NCBI GenBank assembly: GCA_018814355.1
Contig: JAHIZT010000037.1
Span: 5,989 to 69,988, forward strand
Direction of reading: 5' to 3'
DNA: 64,000 nucleotides
From: Thermoplasmatota archaeon
GTDB lineage: Archaea; Thermoplasmatota; Thermoplasmata; UBA10834
The position numbers and the translations under genes were made by a program. The notes beneath the pieces are model-generated. The model was not told the DNA's origin, made no database searches, and saw only the letters and a program-made list of their open reading frames with translations. Numbering within the stretch: position 1 is the first letter of the stretch; each line of letters begins with the position of its first letter. Positions 46,459 to 57,687 of the stretch are shown one piece after another.

Positions 46459-47717
46459 CGGGCCACCTCCGACGGATCTGCGATTCGGCCCTTGATCGCG
46501 CTAGCAGCGACGACAGCTGGGCTCGCAAGGTAGACCTCCGATTCCTTGTCTCCCATCCTTCCAACGAAGTTCCTGTTGGTGCTGCTCACGCACCTCTCGC
46601 CGGGCGCGAGGACTCCCATATAGCCTCCAAGGCACGCACCGCAGGTTGGTCCGGAGACGAACGCTCCAGCGTCCGAAAAGACCTTGACAAGCCCCTCCTT
46701 GATTGCGAGGTCGAACACCTCTTTCGTCGCCGGTACAACGATCATCCTGACTCCGTTGTGCACCTTCTTGCCCTTCATGATTCTCGCGGCGATCCTGAGA
46801 TCCTCGATTCGCCCATTGGTGCAAGATCCAAGATACGCCTGGTCTATCTGGACCGTGACTTCGCTCGCAGGCGCCACGTTGCTGGGTAGGTATGGTTTCG
46901 CCACTACAGGAACGATATCGGAACCGTCGTACTCTCTTACGGCCGAGTACATTGCGTCCTCGTCCGCAAGCACGCTTCTGTACTTGCCCTTCACGCGTCC
47001 TCTCAGATACTCGTCGACCTTCTTATCAGGAGGGACAATGCATGCCTTCGCCCCAGCCTCGATTCCCATGTTGGATATCGTGATCCTGTCCGAGACTGGA
47101 AGTGATGAGATGGAACCTCCCTGGACCTCCATAGACGCATAACGGGCGCCTTCGACTCCGATGTCGCCGATGATCGTGAGTATGATGTCCTTGCCGGAGA
47201 CGTGCTTTCCAAGCTTCCCGTCGATTGTGAACTTCATGGACTCTGGCGCCTTGAACCAGAGCACCCCCCTGGCGAAGACCGTGGCAGCCTCGGTGCTCCC
47301 GATTCCGGTCGCGAACGCACCAAGCGCCCCGTACGAGCAGGTGTGAGAATCCGCTCCTACGATCAGCCGTCCAGGCGCCACGAAGCCTTGTTCGATCATG
47401 AGCTGATGGCACACGCCTCCGCAGCCTACCTCGAAGTAGTTCTTGATGCGATGTTTCTTCGCGAAGTCCCGCATCTTCTTGGCCTGTTTGGCCGACGCGA
47501 TGTCCTTGTTGGGGACATAGTGGTCCGGTATCAGAACGACCTTTTTCCGGAGAATCGGCGCGCAGAGTCCTTCGAATTCATCGAACGCGGCCGGTCCAGT
47601 TATGTCATTGACCATTACATAGTCTACTTCGGCTTCGACAATCTCTCCAGAATGGACATCTTTCCCGGACTTCGCGGACAGCACCTTCTCGGCTATGGTC
47701 TTCCCCACTTGATTCAC
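46455..47717 (-). CDS. leuC: 3-isopropylmalate dehydratase large subunit
   Basis: DH, GVCHQ, GADSHT, GSCTNGR, CGACLG and STNRNFVGR. Confidence 0.93.
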   Translation of the reverse strand: MNQVGKTIAEKVLSAKSGKDVHSGEIVEAEVDYVMVNDITGPAAFDEFEGLCAPILRKKVVLIPDHYVPNKDIASAKQAKKMRDFAKKHRIKNYFEVGCGGVCHQLMIEQGFVAPGRLIVGADSHTCSYGALGAFATGIGSTEAATVFARGVLWFKAPESMKFTIDGKLGKHVSGKDIILTIIGDIGVEGARYASMEVQGGSISSLPVSDRITISNMGIEAGAKACIVPPDKKVDEYLRGRVKGKYRSVLADEDAMYSAVREYDGSDIVPVVAKPYLPSNVAPASEVTVQIDQAYLGSCTNGRIEDLRIAARIMKGKKVHNGVRMIVVPATKEVFDLAIKEGLVKVFSDAGAFVSGPTCGACLGGYMGVLAPGERCVSSTNRNFVGRMGDKESEVYLASPAVVAASAIKGRIADPSEVAR

Positions 47718-47738
47718 CCCGTCAAGTCCCGAGCGGGC

Positions 47739-49379
47739 TCAGTACGCCCGCTTCTTCTCCACGCCGTTGCTCACGCTGAGCTTCCGAACCCACAGTCTGT
47801 TCAGGCCTTCGATCATGGCATCCACGCTCGTAGTAACGATATCCGAACCGACGCTCTTCCCCAGCGATAGCAATTGTGCGTCCTCGCAGTCCCCAAGCTT
47901 CACTGTCACCTCGCAAAGGGCGTTCGATCCGCCCGTTATGGCTTCTAGCCTGTACTCATTGAGAACGATGTTCTTCGATACTGCCGCCTTGATGGCACAC
48001 ACGCTCGCGTCAATCGGGCCGACACCCGTTTCTGAAGCCCTGCGGGTCTCTCCATCTATGTTCAGCACGACAGTTGCAGTTGGCGTGAAGTTTAGTCCTG
48101 TGAAGACGGTGAACTCCTCGAGCTTGATGGCGGGCTCTGCCTCTTGACCCATGACGTCGTATGCGACCGCGAGCAGCTCCGCATCGTCCAGCTTCTTTCC
48201 GGATTCGGCCCATTTCTTCACCCTCGTCACGACCTCTTTCATCTGGTCCTTGTCAAGTTCGAGCCCGTACTCCCTGAGCTTGTTGTCGACTGAGTGAGCG
48301 CCAGAGTGCTTGCCGATGACGAACTTGCGCTCTTTGCCCACTATCTCCGGCCTCATCGGCTCATATGTCGAGCACTCGCTCATCACACCGTGAACGTGAA
48401 TGCCTGCTTCGTGCGAGAAGGCGTTCTCTCCAACGATGGCCTTGTTCGGTTGGACCGCTACACCTGTCAGTTGAGAGACCAGCCTCGAAACGAACGCCAT
48501 CTTCCTTGTATTGATGTTCGTCCTGACGTTGTAGAACGCCTGGAGTCCCATCACGACTTCCTCAAGGGCAGCATTGCCTGCGCGTTCCCCGAGACCGTTG
48601 ATTGTGCAGTGAACCTCCTCAGCTCCACCGAGGACTCCGGCAAGTGAGTTCGCGACTGACATGCCGAAGTCGTCGTGACAGTGGACAGCCAATGGGACTT
48701 TCACGCTCTTCTTGATCTCCGCGACGAACTGGGTCATGGCAGTCGGTGTCATGACTCCTACCGTGTCCGCGATGTCTATTCTATCAACGCCCACTTCCTG
48801 GATCGCCTTGTGAACCACGTCGAGGAACCCAAGCTCGGTCCTGGTGCCATCCTCGCAGCTGAACTCGGCGATCAATCCATGGTCCTTGGCGTACTGAACG
48901 GCCGCGACCGCTTTGTCCCTTGCTTCCTCTTGTGTGATCTTGAGCTTCTTCTCCAGGTGGGTTTTCGAGGTCGCCAGGAAAATGTGGACCGAATCGACAT
49001 CGCATGCGAGTGCGGCGTCTATGTCCCCTGGGCTGGCCCTGCAGAGTGCGCATATTTCGGCCTTCAGGCCAGCACCTGCGATCCTGCTCACTGCATCGGC
49101 CTCGCCCTCAGAATTGATAGGGAATCCCGCTTCAATGATGTCCACGCCGAGCTCGTCCAGCGCCTGCGCGATTTTCACCTTGTCCTCGCTGGATAGGGCC
49201 ACGTTTGGCGTCTGCTCCCCGTCTCTCAGAGTGGTGTCCAGGATCTTGACCCTCTCAGGCATCCTTGTGGCCGAGAAGATCTGTTTGTTGTATTCACTGA
49301 CGAACACTCCCGTATCGGGTATCCTGAGCGCGGGTTCCGCTGTCTGTTTAGCATTCTCACTCGGAGCTTGTGTTGGCAT
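47739..49379 (-). CDS. leuA: 2-isopropylmalate synthase (LeuA/CimA family)
   Basis: [32 protein letters not shown] and a C-terminal regulatory domain (GVGPIDA). Start taken at ATG 49379. Confidence 0.88.
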   Translation of the reverse strand: MPTQAPSENAKQTAEPALRIPDTGVFVSEYNKQIFSATRMPERVKILDTTLRDGEQTPNVALSSEDKVKIAQALDELGVDIIEAGFPINSEGEADAVSRIAGAGLKAEICALCRASPGDIDAALACDVDSVHIFLATSKTHLEKKLKITQEEARDKAVAAVQYAKDHGLIAEFSCEDGTRTELGFLDVVHKAIQEVGVDRIDIADTVGVMTPTAMTQFVAEIKKSVKVPLAVHCHDDFGMSVANSLAGVLGGAEEVHCTINGLGERAGNAALEEVVMGLQAFYNVRTNINTRKMAFVSRLVSQLTGVAVQPNKAIVGENAFSHEAGIHVHGVMSECSTYEPMRPEIVGKERKFVIGKHSGAHSVDNKLREYGLELDKDQMKEVVTRVKKWAESGKKLDDAELLAVAYDVMGQEAEPAIKLEEFTVFTGLNFTPTATVVLNIDGETRRASETGVGPIDASVCAIKAAVSKNIVLNEYRLEAITGGSNALCEVTVKLGDCEDAQLLSLGKSVGSDIVTTSVDAMIEGLNRLWVRKLSVSNGVEKKRAY

Positions 49380-49413
49380 CAATACACTCTCCAAAAATCC
49401 TTCACTGCAGCCC

Positions 49414-49464
49414 TCAGGCTAGAATACGCAGCCCCAAGGGCAGAATAGGCAGACCGTTGCTCAT
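49414..49464 (-). promoter_or_regulatory. Putative Leu/Ile-rich leader peptide ORF (MSNGLPILPLGLRILA) upstream of the leu operon
   Basis: Five Leu and two Ile codons among 16; GAGGA 9 nt before the ATG; located between TATA TTTATAT (49543-49549) and leuA. Confidence 0.45.
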
Positions 49465-49666
49465 GTGCGTCATTCCTCGCCTCTGTTCGCAGTGGAGTCA
49501 TACCTTGATAAGGCGTGACAAGTCTCCTCATGGCCTGGACCGATATAAATCTTTGCTGAGCCATTGTTATTGGTCCGGTAGGATTTCATCTGGACACATC
49601 TGTACAATATGGACTCCCTGAACATGCTCTTGGAAGGTTAGAAATACGTCAATCAAGGTACTGCGC

Positions 49667-50506
49667 GTGATACTCTTGAGCAAGGAGCCGCTTGTGGCAT
49701 TCCAAGGTGAGAAGGGGGCGTACTCCGAAGACGCTTGCTTCAAGTACTTCGGGTCTAGCGTTAAGACGAGACCCTTCCTCGATTTCCTGTCTGTGTTCGA
49801 GGCGGCGGAGCAGGACAAGGCAACGCATGCAGTGGTCCCTGTCGAGAATTCCATCGAAGGGAGCGTGGCTCAAGTGAACGATCTTCTCCTCGACCATGAC
49901 CTCGCCATCTCGGGCGAGATCATCGTGCCTGTGAAGCATTACCTCATGGCCTACGATGACGCGACTATTGATTCGATAAAGGAGGTCCTGAGCCATCCGC
50001 AAGCTCTAGGGCAGTGCCGCAAGTTCTTGGCCAATCATGAGGACTGGAAGGTCATTCCATCTTACGACACGGCCGGCAGCGCGCGGATGGTCGCGGAGCG
50101 GAAGCGGAAGGATGTCGCAGCCATCGCCAGCAAGCGTGCAGCTACCGTATACGGTCTGAAGATACTCAAGGAGGACATCCAGAGCGAGGTCGTCAACTAC
50201 ACGCGATTCTTCGTCCTCGAGAAGAACCCAGGCCCTATCCAAGGAGTCAACAAGACCTCGATCGTGTTCGCCACCAAGAACGCTCCGGGGGCGTTGCACA
50301 AGTGCCTGGACGAGTTCGCGTCGAGGAACGTCAATCTGAGCAAGCTCGAGTCGAGACCAAGAAAGAACAAACCTTGGGTTTACGTCTTCTACACGGATTT
50401 CGATGGTAGCATGGACGATCCCAACTGCCACGCCGCCATAGGGGGCTTGCTGAAGACAGGGGCTTTTGTCAAGATACTCGGGTCCTACAAGAAGGCAGAG
50501 ATCTGA
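49667..50506 (+). CDS. pheA: Prephenate dehydratase
   Basis: FQGEKGAYSE, PVENSIEGSV, SHPQALGQC, NYTRF and LSKLESRP. Confidence 0.95.
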   Translation: MILLSKEPLVAFQGEKGAYSEDACFKYFGSSVKTRPFLDFLSVFEAAEQDKATHAVVPVENSIEGSVAQVNDLLLDHDLAISGEIIVPVKHYLMAYDDATIDSIKEVLSHPQALGQCRKFLANHEDWKVIPSYDTAGSARMVAERKRKDVAAIASKRAATVYGLKILKEDIQSEVVNYTRFFVLEKNPGPIQGVNKTSIVFATKNAPGALHKCLDEFASRNVNLSKLESRPRKNKPWVYVFYTDFDGSMDDPNCHAAIGGLLKTGAFVKILGSYKKAEI

Positions 50507-50679
50507 GGACCTATTCGTCCGTCCAGGCACTGACCATTGAATTCATGGCCACCACTGCCCTGGGGCTGTAGATTATGATCTTCCATAGACCGTCAGGAAG
50601 GACACTTGTCGTGGAACCATAGAGAACGAACAGCTTCGAAGAAGTCCGGAGGTCTACTGGATGAGAGTGATTCAAGCCA

Positions 50680-52032
50680 TCATGCAGGAATCCCGGCTAT
50701 TCTGGACTCCTTCTTGAGCTCATCTACGGCGCCGGTGCCACTAAGGACCTTTCTGTCTCGCTCTAGGAGTGCCAGATCCCTCTCCTCGAACGCCTTCGGG
50801 TTGACTGCCAAGAGCAGGCGCCCTTTCGTGACCCAAGCAGTCTCGTTGAGGGAGTCTAGCGATCTCAGCACCTTCCTGAAGTCGTTGTACGTGACAATGT
50901 ATTCGATCCCCTCGACAACGACTATGCTGTTCGGATTGGATTCCATGAAGCGGATGATTGTATCTGTGAGGACTGCGAGGCTGGTCGGTGCGATCCTTCT
51001 CTCTCCCGGAGATTCGGTCAGCCAGATTATAGGAGTCACCTGGAGGTTGTGCCTCTTTCTGATGCCTTCCGGGAACTCCCTAGTAACGACTAGTCCGCTA
51101 GGAATGAGGAACTGCAGGGTCGCGGCCGCGGACTCCTCTCTTCCAGGGATCTCAGCATCAGGCCTAAGGGGCATTGTGACGAGCTCCGAGAAGAGGCTCA
51201 AAGCAGCGTCTGCCTTCTCATCATAAACCAGGTACACTCCCCTGGGGATGTCGTACGATCTGAATCCACCCATCTTGGCGGTTTCCACTTCTGGATCGAC
51301 GACGATCGCCATGAGCTGAGATGTGAATGTGGCCCTCATCAGGGTTGCGAAGAGTAACACGAGGATCCAGTTGTGCGGGTTGAGATTTTCCCAGCTTCTT
51401 CCTACTCCTAGGACGAGGTCGAATACGAACTCAACAGCCGGAGTTCCAAGCCATGCGACTGTGAACAAGGCCAGGCTGATCCTTGTCTCCCTGGTGATTC
51501 CAGATACACTCCCCCTTGTCATCCATTTCGCCGAAAGGAGGAGGTTGCTTGCGATCATTGCGAGAATGTAGATCGACACCAGAACCATCAGCCAAAGCTG
51601 ACTCTCCAGTATGGTTTCTGGGCTCAGGTCCGATGCCCATGTCATCGCCACAAGCACAATGCCGAGTATCCCCCATGCGCTAATCAGATTAAGGGGGTTC
51701 TTCTTGAACCACGGCACGAACATATCAACGTCGTTGTACCTTCCGTGCGTAGTCCACAGGAGGACCACGCAGACGGACAGCCATGACGAGAAAATGACAA
51801 AAGTCATACCCATCTTGATGTGCAGGTCGTCGAACGAGTTGCCCATTGTATCCGTGATGAGTTCCACGGACCACAGGCCTGCGAGCGAGACCACGAATAG
51901 TAATACGATCCAGCTTCTGACCACCTCAAAGAAGTGCTCCATCCTGCTGATTCGGTAGAAGACGTGAAGAACGATGGCGAGACCTAACAGCGCTGGCAGA
52001 GCTTCGAATGCTATCTCGGTCCAGTCAATCAT
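50680..52032 (-). CDS. Multi-TM membrane protein with a C-terminal DUF835 domain
   Basis: About 7 TM segments at the N-terminus; GLVVTREFPE, IIWLT, IAPTSL, VEGIEYIVTYNDF and LALLER identify DUF835. Confidence 0.82.
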   Translation of the reverse strand: MIDWTEIAFEALPALLGLAIVLHVFYRISRMEHFFEVVRSWIVLLFVVSLAGLWSVELITDTMGNSFDDLHIKMGMTFVIFSSWLSVCVVLLWTTHGRYNDVDMFVPWFKKNPLNLISAWGILGIVLVAMTWASDLSPETILESQLWLMVLVSIYILAMIASNLLLSAKWMTRGSVSGITRETRISLALFTVAWLGTPAVEFVFDLVLGVGRSWENLNPHNWILVLLFATLMRATFTSQLMAIVVDPEVETAKMGGFRSYDIPRGVYLVYDEKADAALSLFSELVTMPLRPDAEIPGREESAAATLQFLIPSGLVVTREFPEGIRKRHNLQVTPIIWLTESPGERRIAPTSLAVLTDTIIRFMESNPNSIVVVEGIEYIVTYNDFRKVLRSLDSLNETAWVTKGRLLLAVNPKAFEERDLALLERDRKVLSGTGAVDELKKESRIAGIPA

Positions 52033-52143
52033 TTGTGGCCTCCGCGAATGTGCTCTCTTGCCATATCAGGTCAAGTGCCTCGAAGGTCAATAATCTTTGC
52101 GCGATCCAAAAGCGCTGATCAAGGGGGAGTCAGTACTCTCCAA

Positions 52144-53823
52144 TCATTCCAGTAGGGCGCCTAGGCTCGCTGAGGATACTCCGTCTCTGTAGCGTTTCAG
52201 ATAGCCAGACATATTCGTCTTGGGAGGTTTCTTGTCCTTCAGCCTGGATCTCATCTCCTTCTGGGAAATCAAGACTTCTATCTCTCGAGTATCGAGGCTT
52301 ATTCTGATGATGTCTTTGTCCATGACCGACGCGAGAGCTCCTCCCACGAATGCCTCCGGGGAAACGTGTCCAACAGAGAGTCCTCTGCTTCCGCCTGAGA
52401 ACCTTCCATCAGTGACAAGGGCGACAGACTCACCCAGACCCATTCCCGCAAGGATGGCGGTCAGGCTCAGCATCTCAGGCATGCCAGGAGCACCTTTTGG
52501 ACCTTGGTACCTGACGATGACTGCATCGCCGGGCTTGATTCTGCCTGCGAGCATCGCATCCGTTGCGGCTTTCTCGGTGTCGAACACCTTGGCTGAACCT
52601 TCGAATCTCCTCATGGCTGGCACGACTGCCGACTGCTTGACGACGCACCCCTCCTCGGCCAGGTTGCCCCAGAGTATCGCGATTCCGCCCTCCTCGTGGT
52701 ACGCCTTGTCCAGTTCTCGAACCACATCGTGATCCTTGACTATGGCATTCTTGGCGATTGCCAAGATGCTGTCGCCTCGAACGGTTCCCTCGTCTCTCAG
52801 CTTGGGAGCGAGCCTCGAAAGCACTGCCGGGATTCCCCCTGCTCTGTCCAGGTCTATCATGAAGTGGTCACCACCGGGTTTCAGCGCGACGATGTGCTTG
52901 GTCTCCCTGGATATCTGGTCGAAGAGATTCAGCTCTAGCGTTATCCCGAACTCCTTCGCGATCGCTATCATGTGGAGGCAGGTATTCGTAGACCCACCGA
53001 TGGCGTTGTCGACTCTGAGAGCATTCTCAAAACTCCCCCTGGTTACGAAGTCCCTTGGTTTGACATTCTTCATGGCCAGTTCGACCGCCAGCGCGCCAGT
53101 CTCGCGAGCAATCTCCAGTTTCTCGTCTGAGATGGCGTGAGAAGTCGCGCAACCGGGCAGGCTCAGTCCTAGCGCTTCGGTTAGGCAAGCCATTGTATTG
53201 GCAGTGAACAGGCCGGAGCACGATCCCGGCCCGGGGCATGCCCGCTTTTCGATCTCGACGAAATCTTCCTGTGTGATCTTCCCGGCCGCGAGTTCACCCA
53301 CTGCTTCAAAGATTGAGATGACGTCCAGTTTCCTGTTCTTGTACAGTCCAGGCATCATTGGGCCGCCGGTCAAGATGACAGAAGGCACGTTGATTCTCCC
53401 GCAAGCCATCAACATTCCAGGAGTGATCTTGTCGCAGTTCGTGACTCCAACCCAGCCGTCTGCGACATGTGCCTCCACCATCGCTTCGACGCTGTCGGCT
53501 ATGATCTCTCTGGATGGCAACGAGTAGCGCATCCCGTCCAATCCCATGGCTATGCCATCGCATATTCCCGGGACTCCGAACTCGTATGCGACACCGCCCG
53601 CCTCCTCAATCCCCTTCTTAACCTCGGTCACGAGCTTATTCAGGTGCATGTGTCCAGGAATGATCGTGTTGAACGAGTTGGCGATGGCTACTAGTGGCTT
53701 TTCCATGTCATTGTCCTTCATGCCGAGCGCTCGCAGCAGTCCTCTCGCCGGGGCTCTGGACATTCCTTTCTTGAGCGCGTCGCTCCTGAGCGGTGCATTG
53801 GGCTGATGTCTCGCCATGTTCAC
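52144..53823 (-). CDS. ilvD: Dihydroxy-acid dehydratase
   Basis: [42 protein letters not shown] and TDGRFSG. Confidence 0.96.
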   Translation of the reverse strand: MNMARHQPNAPLRSDALKKGMSRAPARGLLRALGMKDNDMEKPLVAIANSFNTIIPGHMHLNKLVTEVKKGIEEAGGVAYEFGVPGICDGIAMGLDGMRYSLPSREIIADSVEAMVEAHVADGWVGVTNCDKITPGMLMACGRINVPSVILTGGPMMPGLYKNRKLDVISIFEAVGELAAGKITQEDFVEIEKRACPGPGSCSGLFTANTMACLTEALGLSLPGCATSHAISDEKLEIARETGALAVELAMKNVKPRDFVTRGSFENALRVDNAIGGSTNTCLHMIAIAKEFGITLELNLFDQISRETKHIVALKPGGDHFMIDLDRAGGIPAVLSRLAPKLRDEGTVRGDSILAIAKNAIVKDHDVVRELDKAYHEEGGIAILWGNLAEEGCVVKQSAVVPAMRRFEGSAKVFDTEKAATDAMLAGRIKPGDAVIVRYQGPKGAPGMPEMLSLTAILAGMGLGESVALVTDGRFSGGSRGLSVGHVSPEAFVGGALASVMDKDIIRISLDTREIEVLISQKEMRSRLKDKKPPKTNMSGYLKRYRDGVSSASLGALLE

Positions 53824-55223
53824 TCACCCAATCTGAAGTCACTGTGAAGAGCCTCTACGGCCTTCTTCGCGTCGACCTTCTTGATGATGAACGATATGTT
53901 CAATTCTGAGGAACCCTGAGCGATGGCCCTTATGTTAACCTCGTTTTCCGCCATCGTGCCAAAGACCCTCGCTGCTACTCCAGGGGTGCCTCTCATACCA
54001 GCCCCGACCACAGCGACGATGCTGAGCCCGTCCTCGATTGAGACCTCTCTTACCTGCTTCGAGCCCAGCAGCGAGAGCTCGAGCGCATTCTGCGCCTTCG
54101 ATCCGCTGACTTTAGGTATCGCAAGGGTTATGCTCTCCTCTGAGGAACTCTGAGAAATCATGAGCACATCGATGTCTTCATCTGTGAGTATCTGAAGGAC
54201 CTTCGCCGCGAGCCTCGGCGTCCCGACCATGCTCGCTCCGCTGACTGTTATCAGACTGACATCATTGATGTTCGTGATTGCTTTTACAACGTCGCCGGTC
54301 TTCACCTTGACCGCGCTCTCGATTGCAGTGCCCTTCGCATCAGGGTCGTTTAGGCTCTTGATTCTGAATGGTATCTGATACCTGGCTGCGCACTCGAGCG
54401 CCTTGGGGTGGATCACTTCAGCGCCGAAGTGCGCCAGCTCCATCGCCTCAGCGAACGATATCGTTTGAATCATTTTTGCATTCTTGACGATCTTCGGGTT
54501 GGCAGTCATAAGGCCGTCAACGTCCTTCCAGACCCATACTTCATCGGCTTCTATCCCGGAACCGATGATGGATGCTGTGTAGTCGGACCCACCTCGTCCA
54601 AGGGTCGTCTGGACGCCGTCCTGGGTCGACGCAATATAGCCGCCGATGACAGGGACAGTGCGCTCTTCGAGCAACGGATCGAGGTTCTGTCTTATCTGGT
54701 GAATGGACACATTCATCAGAGGATTGGCGTCCCCGAAATGGTCATCAGTGACTATCCCTGCCTCCCCTCCGGTGAGTGCCTTCGATTTGATGCCGAGATC
54801 TTCGAGCACGCCCTGCAGGATGGGCGCAGAGAGTTTCTCACCATATCCAGCCACGTAATCCTTCGACCTGGGCGTCAGTTCACCGATGTGCGCAATGCCA
54901 TTGAGGATGTTCCTTAGCTCGTCCAGCCGCGAGTTAACGACATCCATCGTCCGGCCCAGGATGTGCTCGTCCATGATTGCCCCTTCCGCCGCCTTTCTGT
55001 GCTTCGAGGCAGTTGTCTCCATGAACTCATGGACGGCCTTCTTGTCCCCCTTGCTTGAGCGCTTCGCAATGTCGGCCAGGGAATCCGTTACCCCGTACAT
55101 GGCGGAAGTGATGACCACCAGCTGCTGGTCCTTCTTGTGGAAGTTGCGAACTATCGTTCCCACTTTCCTCAGCTTGTCGCCGTCCGCGACACCAGCACCG
55201 CCGAACTTCATGACGAGTTTCAT
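53820..55223 (-). CDS. lysC: Aspartate kinase
   Basis: [22 protein letters not shown] and two ACT domains. Confidence 0.95.
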   Translation of the reverse strand: MKLVMKFGGAGVADGDKLRKVGTIVRNFHKKDQQLVVITSAMYGVTDSLADIAKRSSKGDKKAVHEFMETTASKHRKAAEGAIMDEHILGRTMDVVNSRLDELRNILNGIAHIGELTPRSKDYVAGYGEKLSAPILQGVLEDLGIKSKALTGGEAGIVTDDHFGDANPLMNVSIHQIRQNLDPLLEERTVPVIGGYIASTQDGVQTTLGRGGSDYTASIIGSGIEADEVWVWKDVDGLMTANPKIVKNAKMIQTISFAEAMELAHFGAEVIHPKALECAARYQIPFRIKSLNDPDAKGTAIESAVKVKTGDVVKAITNINDVSLITVSGASMVGTPRLAAKVLQILTDEDIDVLMISQSSSEESITLAIPKVSGSKAQNALELSLLGSKQVREVSIEDGLSIVAVVGAGMRGTPGVAARVFGTMAENEVNIRAIAQGSSELNISFIIKKVDAKKAVEALHSDFRLGE

Positions 55224-55261
55224 GATTGGACTCCTCTAGAATCGATACCCGACAAAAATAC

Positions 55262-56278
55262 CTATCGGGCGAAGGTCCTCCTGATCTCTATCAGGTCCCT
55301 GAGGACCGAGCTAGCAGTCTCCTTGCCTCCAGCTCCTTTTCCAACGAGGGTTATCTCGCCAGCGGGATAAGTGTCGAATGATACCGCGTTGAATGTGCCG
55401 CTCACATTGAGAGGGTGAGTTGCGGGGATTTCCTCTGGCGAGACCCGCGCTCCCTTCTCAACCTTGCCGATGAGCTTGACCACGCTACCATTGGACTTCG
55501 CCATGTTGATGTCTTTGTTCGAGACCTTAGTTATTCCCTCTATCTCCACATCTTTGATTGACAAGCTTGTCCCGAGTACGTAGTTGGATGTGATTACCAG
55601 TTTGCAGGCGGTATCGAACCCGCCGATATCATAGGTCGGGTCTGCTTCAGCATATCCGAGCCTTTGTGCCTCGGCGAGCGCATCCTTCATGGCGACGCCG
55701 TCAGCAGACATCCTGCTGAGGATGTAATTCGATGTGCCGTTCAGGATCCCGCTTATGGACTTGATCTTGCTACCCTCGAGGCATTTCTTCGCGAAATCCA
55801 GGACTGGAGTGCCGCCGCCTACAGTGCCGCTGAACTTGAATATGACCTGGTTGTGATGAGCCAGCTCGATCAAAGCAGGCATGGCGATGGCCAGCGGACC
55901 CTTGTTTACGCATATTACGTTCCTCCCCTCCTTCATGGCGGCCTTCACGTGGCTCAATCCAGGCTCTCCCTTCTTGAGCTCAGTTGGAGTGCTCTCGATC
56001 ACGACCTCGCACTCCAGCTCGTTGATGACATCCAGGCCGGATTTCCCTTCCTGATAAACCTCCGCTCCGAGACCTTCAAGCGTCTTGGACACCCTCTTTG
56101 ACGACAACGCCTTGCCGATGTCTATACCCTCAGGCGAGATGGCAGCTCCTAGGTGGTCAACCACTCCAACTATCTTCGGCCTCAGGCCGTAGTCGCGTTC
56201 GAGCTTTCTCGCTTCCTGATCCACGAGGTCTACGAAACTCTGGCCGACTGCGCCAAAACCTACCAAGAGAACTCTCAT
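55262..56278 (-). CDS. hom: Homoserine dehydrogenase
   Basis: GFGAVG, NKGP, TVGGGTP, GILNGTSNYIL, GYAEADP and GAGGKETAS. Confidence 0.95.
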   Translation of the reverse strand: MRVLLVGFGAVGQSFVDLVDQEARKLERDYGLRPKIVGVVDHLGAAISPEGIDIGKALSSKRVSKTLEGLGAEVYQEGKSGLDVINELECEVVIESTPTELKKGEPGLSHVKAAMKEGRNVICVNKGPLAIAMPALIELAHHNQVIFKFSGTVGGGTPVLDFAKKCLEGSKIKSISGILNGTSNYILSRMSADGVAMKDALAEAQRLGYAEADPTYDIGGFDTACKLVITSNYVLGTSLSIKDVEIEGITKVSNKDINMAKSNGSVVKLIGKVEKGARVSPEEIPATHPLNVSGTFNAVSFDTYPAGEITLVGKGAGGKETASSVLRDLIEIRRTFAR

Positions 56279-56279
56279 T

Positions 56280-57509
56280 TCAGCTCGCCTCCAGGAGCTT
56301 CTGAAGAGCCTCTATCGTCGCATCGATAACCATCGGCTTGACGCTCTGAGATATCGCCACATCTGGATCCTTGAGCCCGTGACCAGTGGAGACGCAGACT
56401 ACAATCGATGATTTGTCAAGCATGCCAAGTTCGACGTCCTTGACAAGACCCGCAACCGCTGCCGCTCCTGCAGGTTCTGCGAATACTCCTGCAAGCGTGG
56501 CCATGGACTTCTGGGCATTGAGTATCTCTTGATCGGACACGGTCGTGACCGAACCACCGGATTCCTTGATAGCCCTGACGGTCTTCTTCCAGTTGGCTGG
56601 TTTTCCGATCCTTATGGCAGTGGCAACGGTCTCGGGTTTCCTGACGGGCGTGAGCTCGCTGCTTCCCGACCTGAACATGTTCGCGATGGGCGCTGCTCCT
56701 TCCGCCTGGATCCCTCTGATGACTGGGTGACCAGGAACGAACCCCATGGACTCGTACTCTTCGAACCCTTTCCAATAGGCAGCAGAGTTGCCCCCGTTTC
56801 CTACCGGAATGTAGAGGTATTCGGGGTTGAGGCCGCCGAGCTGATCACAGATCTCGTACGCAGCGGTCTTCTGCCCTTCGATCCTGAACGGGTTGACCGA
56901 GTTCAGGACGTACATGCCGAGTCTATCAGACGACTCCATGACTATGTCCAATGCTTGATCGAAATTGCCTCTTACGGTGACCACAGTAGCTCCATGCATC
57001 ATTGCTTGAGCGAGTTTTCCCAAGGCTACCTTCCCCTCGGGGATGAGCACGACGCATTTGAGGCCAGCAAGCCCAGCATACGCTGCAAGTGATGCCGACG
57101 TGTTACCCGTGGAGGCGCATGTGACGGTCTTCATCTTGAGTTCGACAGCCTTGGTTATCCCGACCGTCATGCCCCGGTCTTTGAAAGATCCTGTAGGGTT
57201 TGTCCCGTCGAACTTGATTCTGAGGCTCTTGATCCCAATCTCCTGCGCGAGCCTCCGACACTCGATCATCTGCGTGCCACCCTCATCGAGAGAAAACACC
57301 TGTGCCTTCGGTCCTACCGGGATGAATTCTCGGTACTTCCACACCGAGATCGGCCTCTTCTTGAAATCCCCGATCGAGGCCCTCTTGAGCGCGGCTTCCG
57401 TGTCCATCCTGATCTCAAGGAGGTTGCCGCAGGAAGAACATGCATAGGCCGGCCTAGCAATGTCATGTGCTTTGCCGCACTCGATGCACTTCAACTCGAA
57501 CGAGACCAT
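56280..57509 (-). CDS. thrC: Threonine synthase
   Basis: NPTGSFKDRG, ASTGNTSAS, EGQKT, PVGNGGN and TGHGLKD. Confidence 0.95.
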   Translation of the reverse strand: MVSFELKCIECGKAHDIARPAYACSSCGNLLEIRMDTEAALKRASIGDFKKRPISVWKYREFIPVGPKAQVFSLDEGGTQMIECRRLAQEIGIKSLRIKFDGTNPTGSFKDRGMTVGITKAVELKMKTVTCASTGNTSASLAAYAGLAGLKCVVLIPEGKVALGKLAQAMMHGATVVTVRGNFDQALDIVMESSDRLGMYVLNSVNPFRIEGQKTAAYEICDQLGGLNPEYLYIPVGNGGNSAAYWKGFEEYESMGFVPGHPVIRGIQAEGAAPIANMFRSGSSELTPVRKPETVATAIRIGKPANWKKTVRAIKESGGSVTTVSDQEILNAQKSMATLAGVFAEPAGAAAVAGLVKDVELGMLDKSSIVVCVSTGHGLKDPDVAISQSVKPMVIDATIEALQKLLEAS

Positions 57510-57687
57510 GGGGTGCCCCACCGGATGAGTCCTCTATGGTAAGTGGAAATATAATCTCTTCGCAGGTCTGGATATTGCCTTTGCGGACTGCTGGCCGGAT
57601 GCGTGGTGCACAATTCTGTCCATGAGCCGGAGGACGCGCGCATCTTAATATCCGAGCACGACATGCACATGTGGCCAGGTGTCTCGG

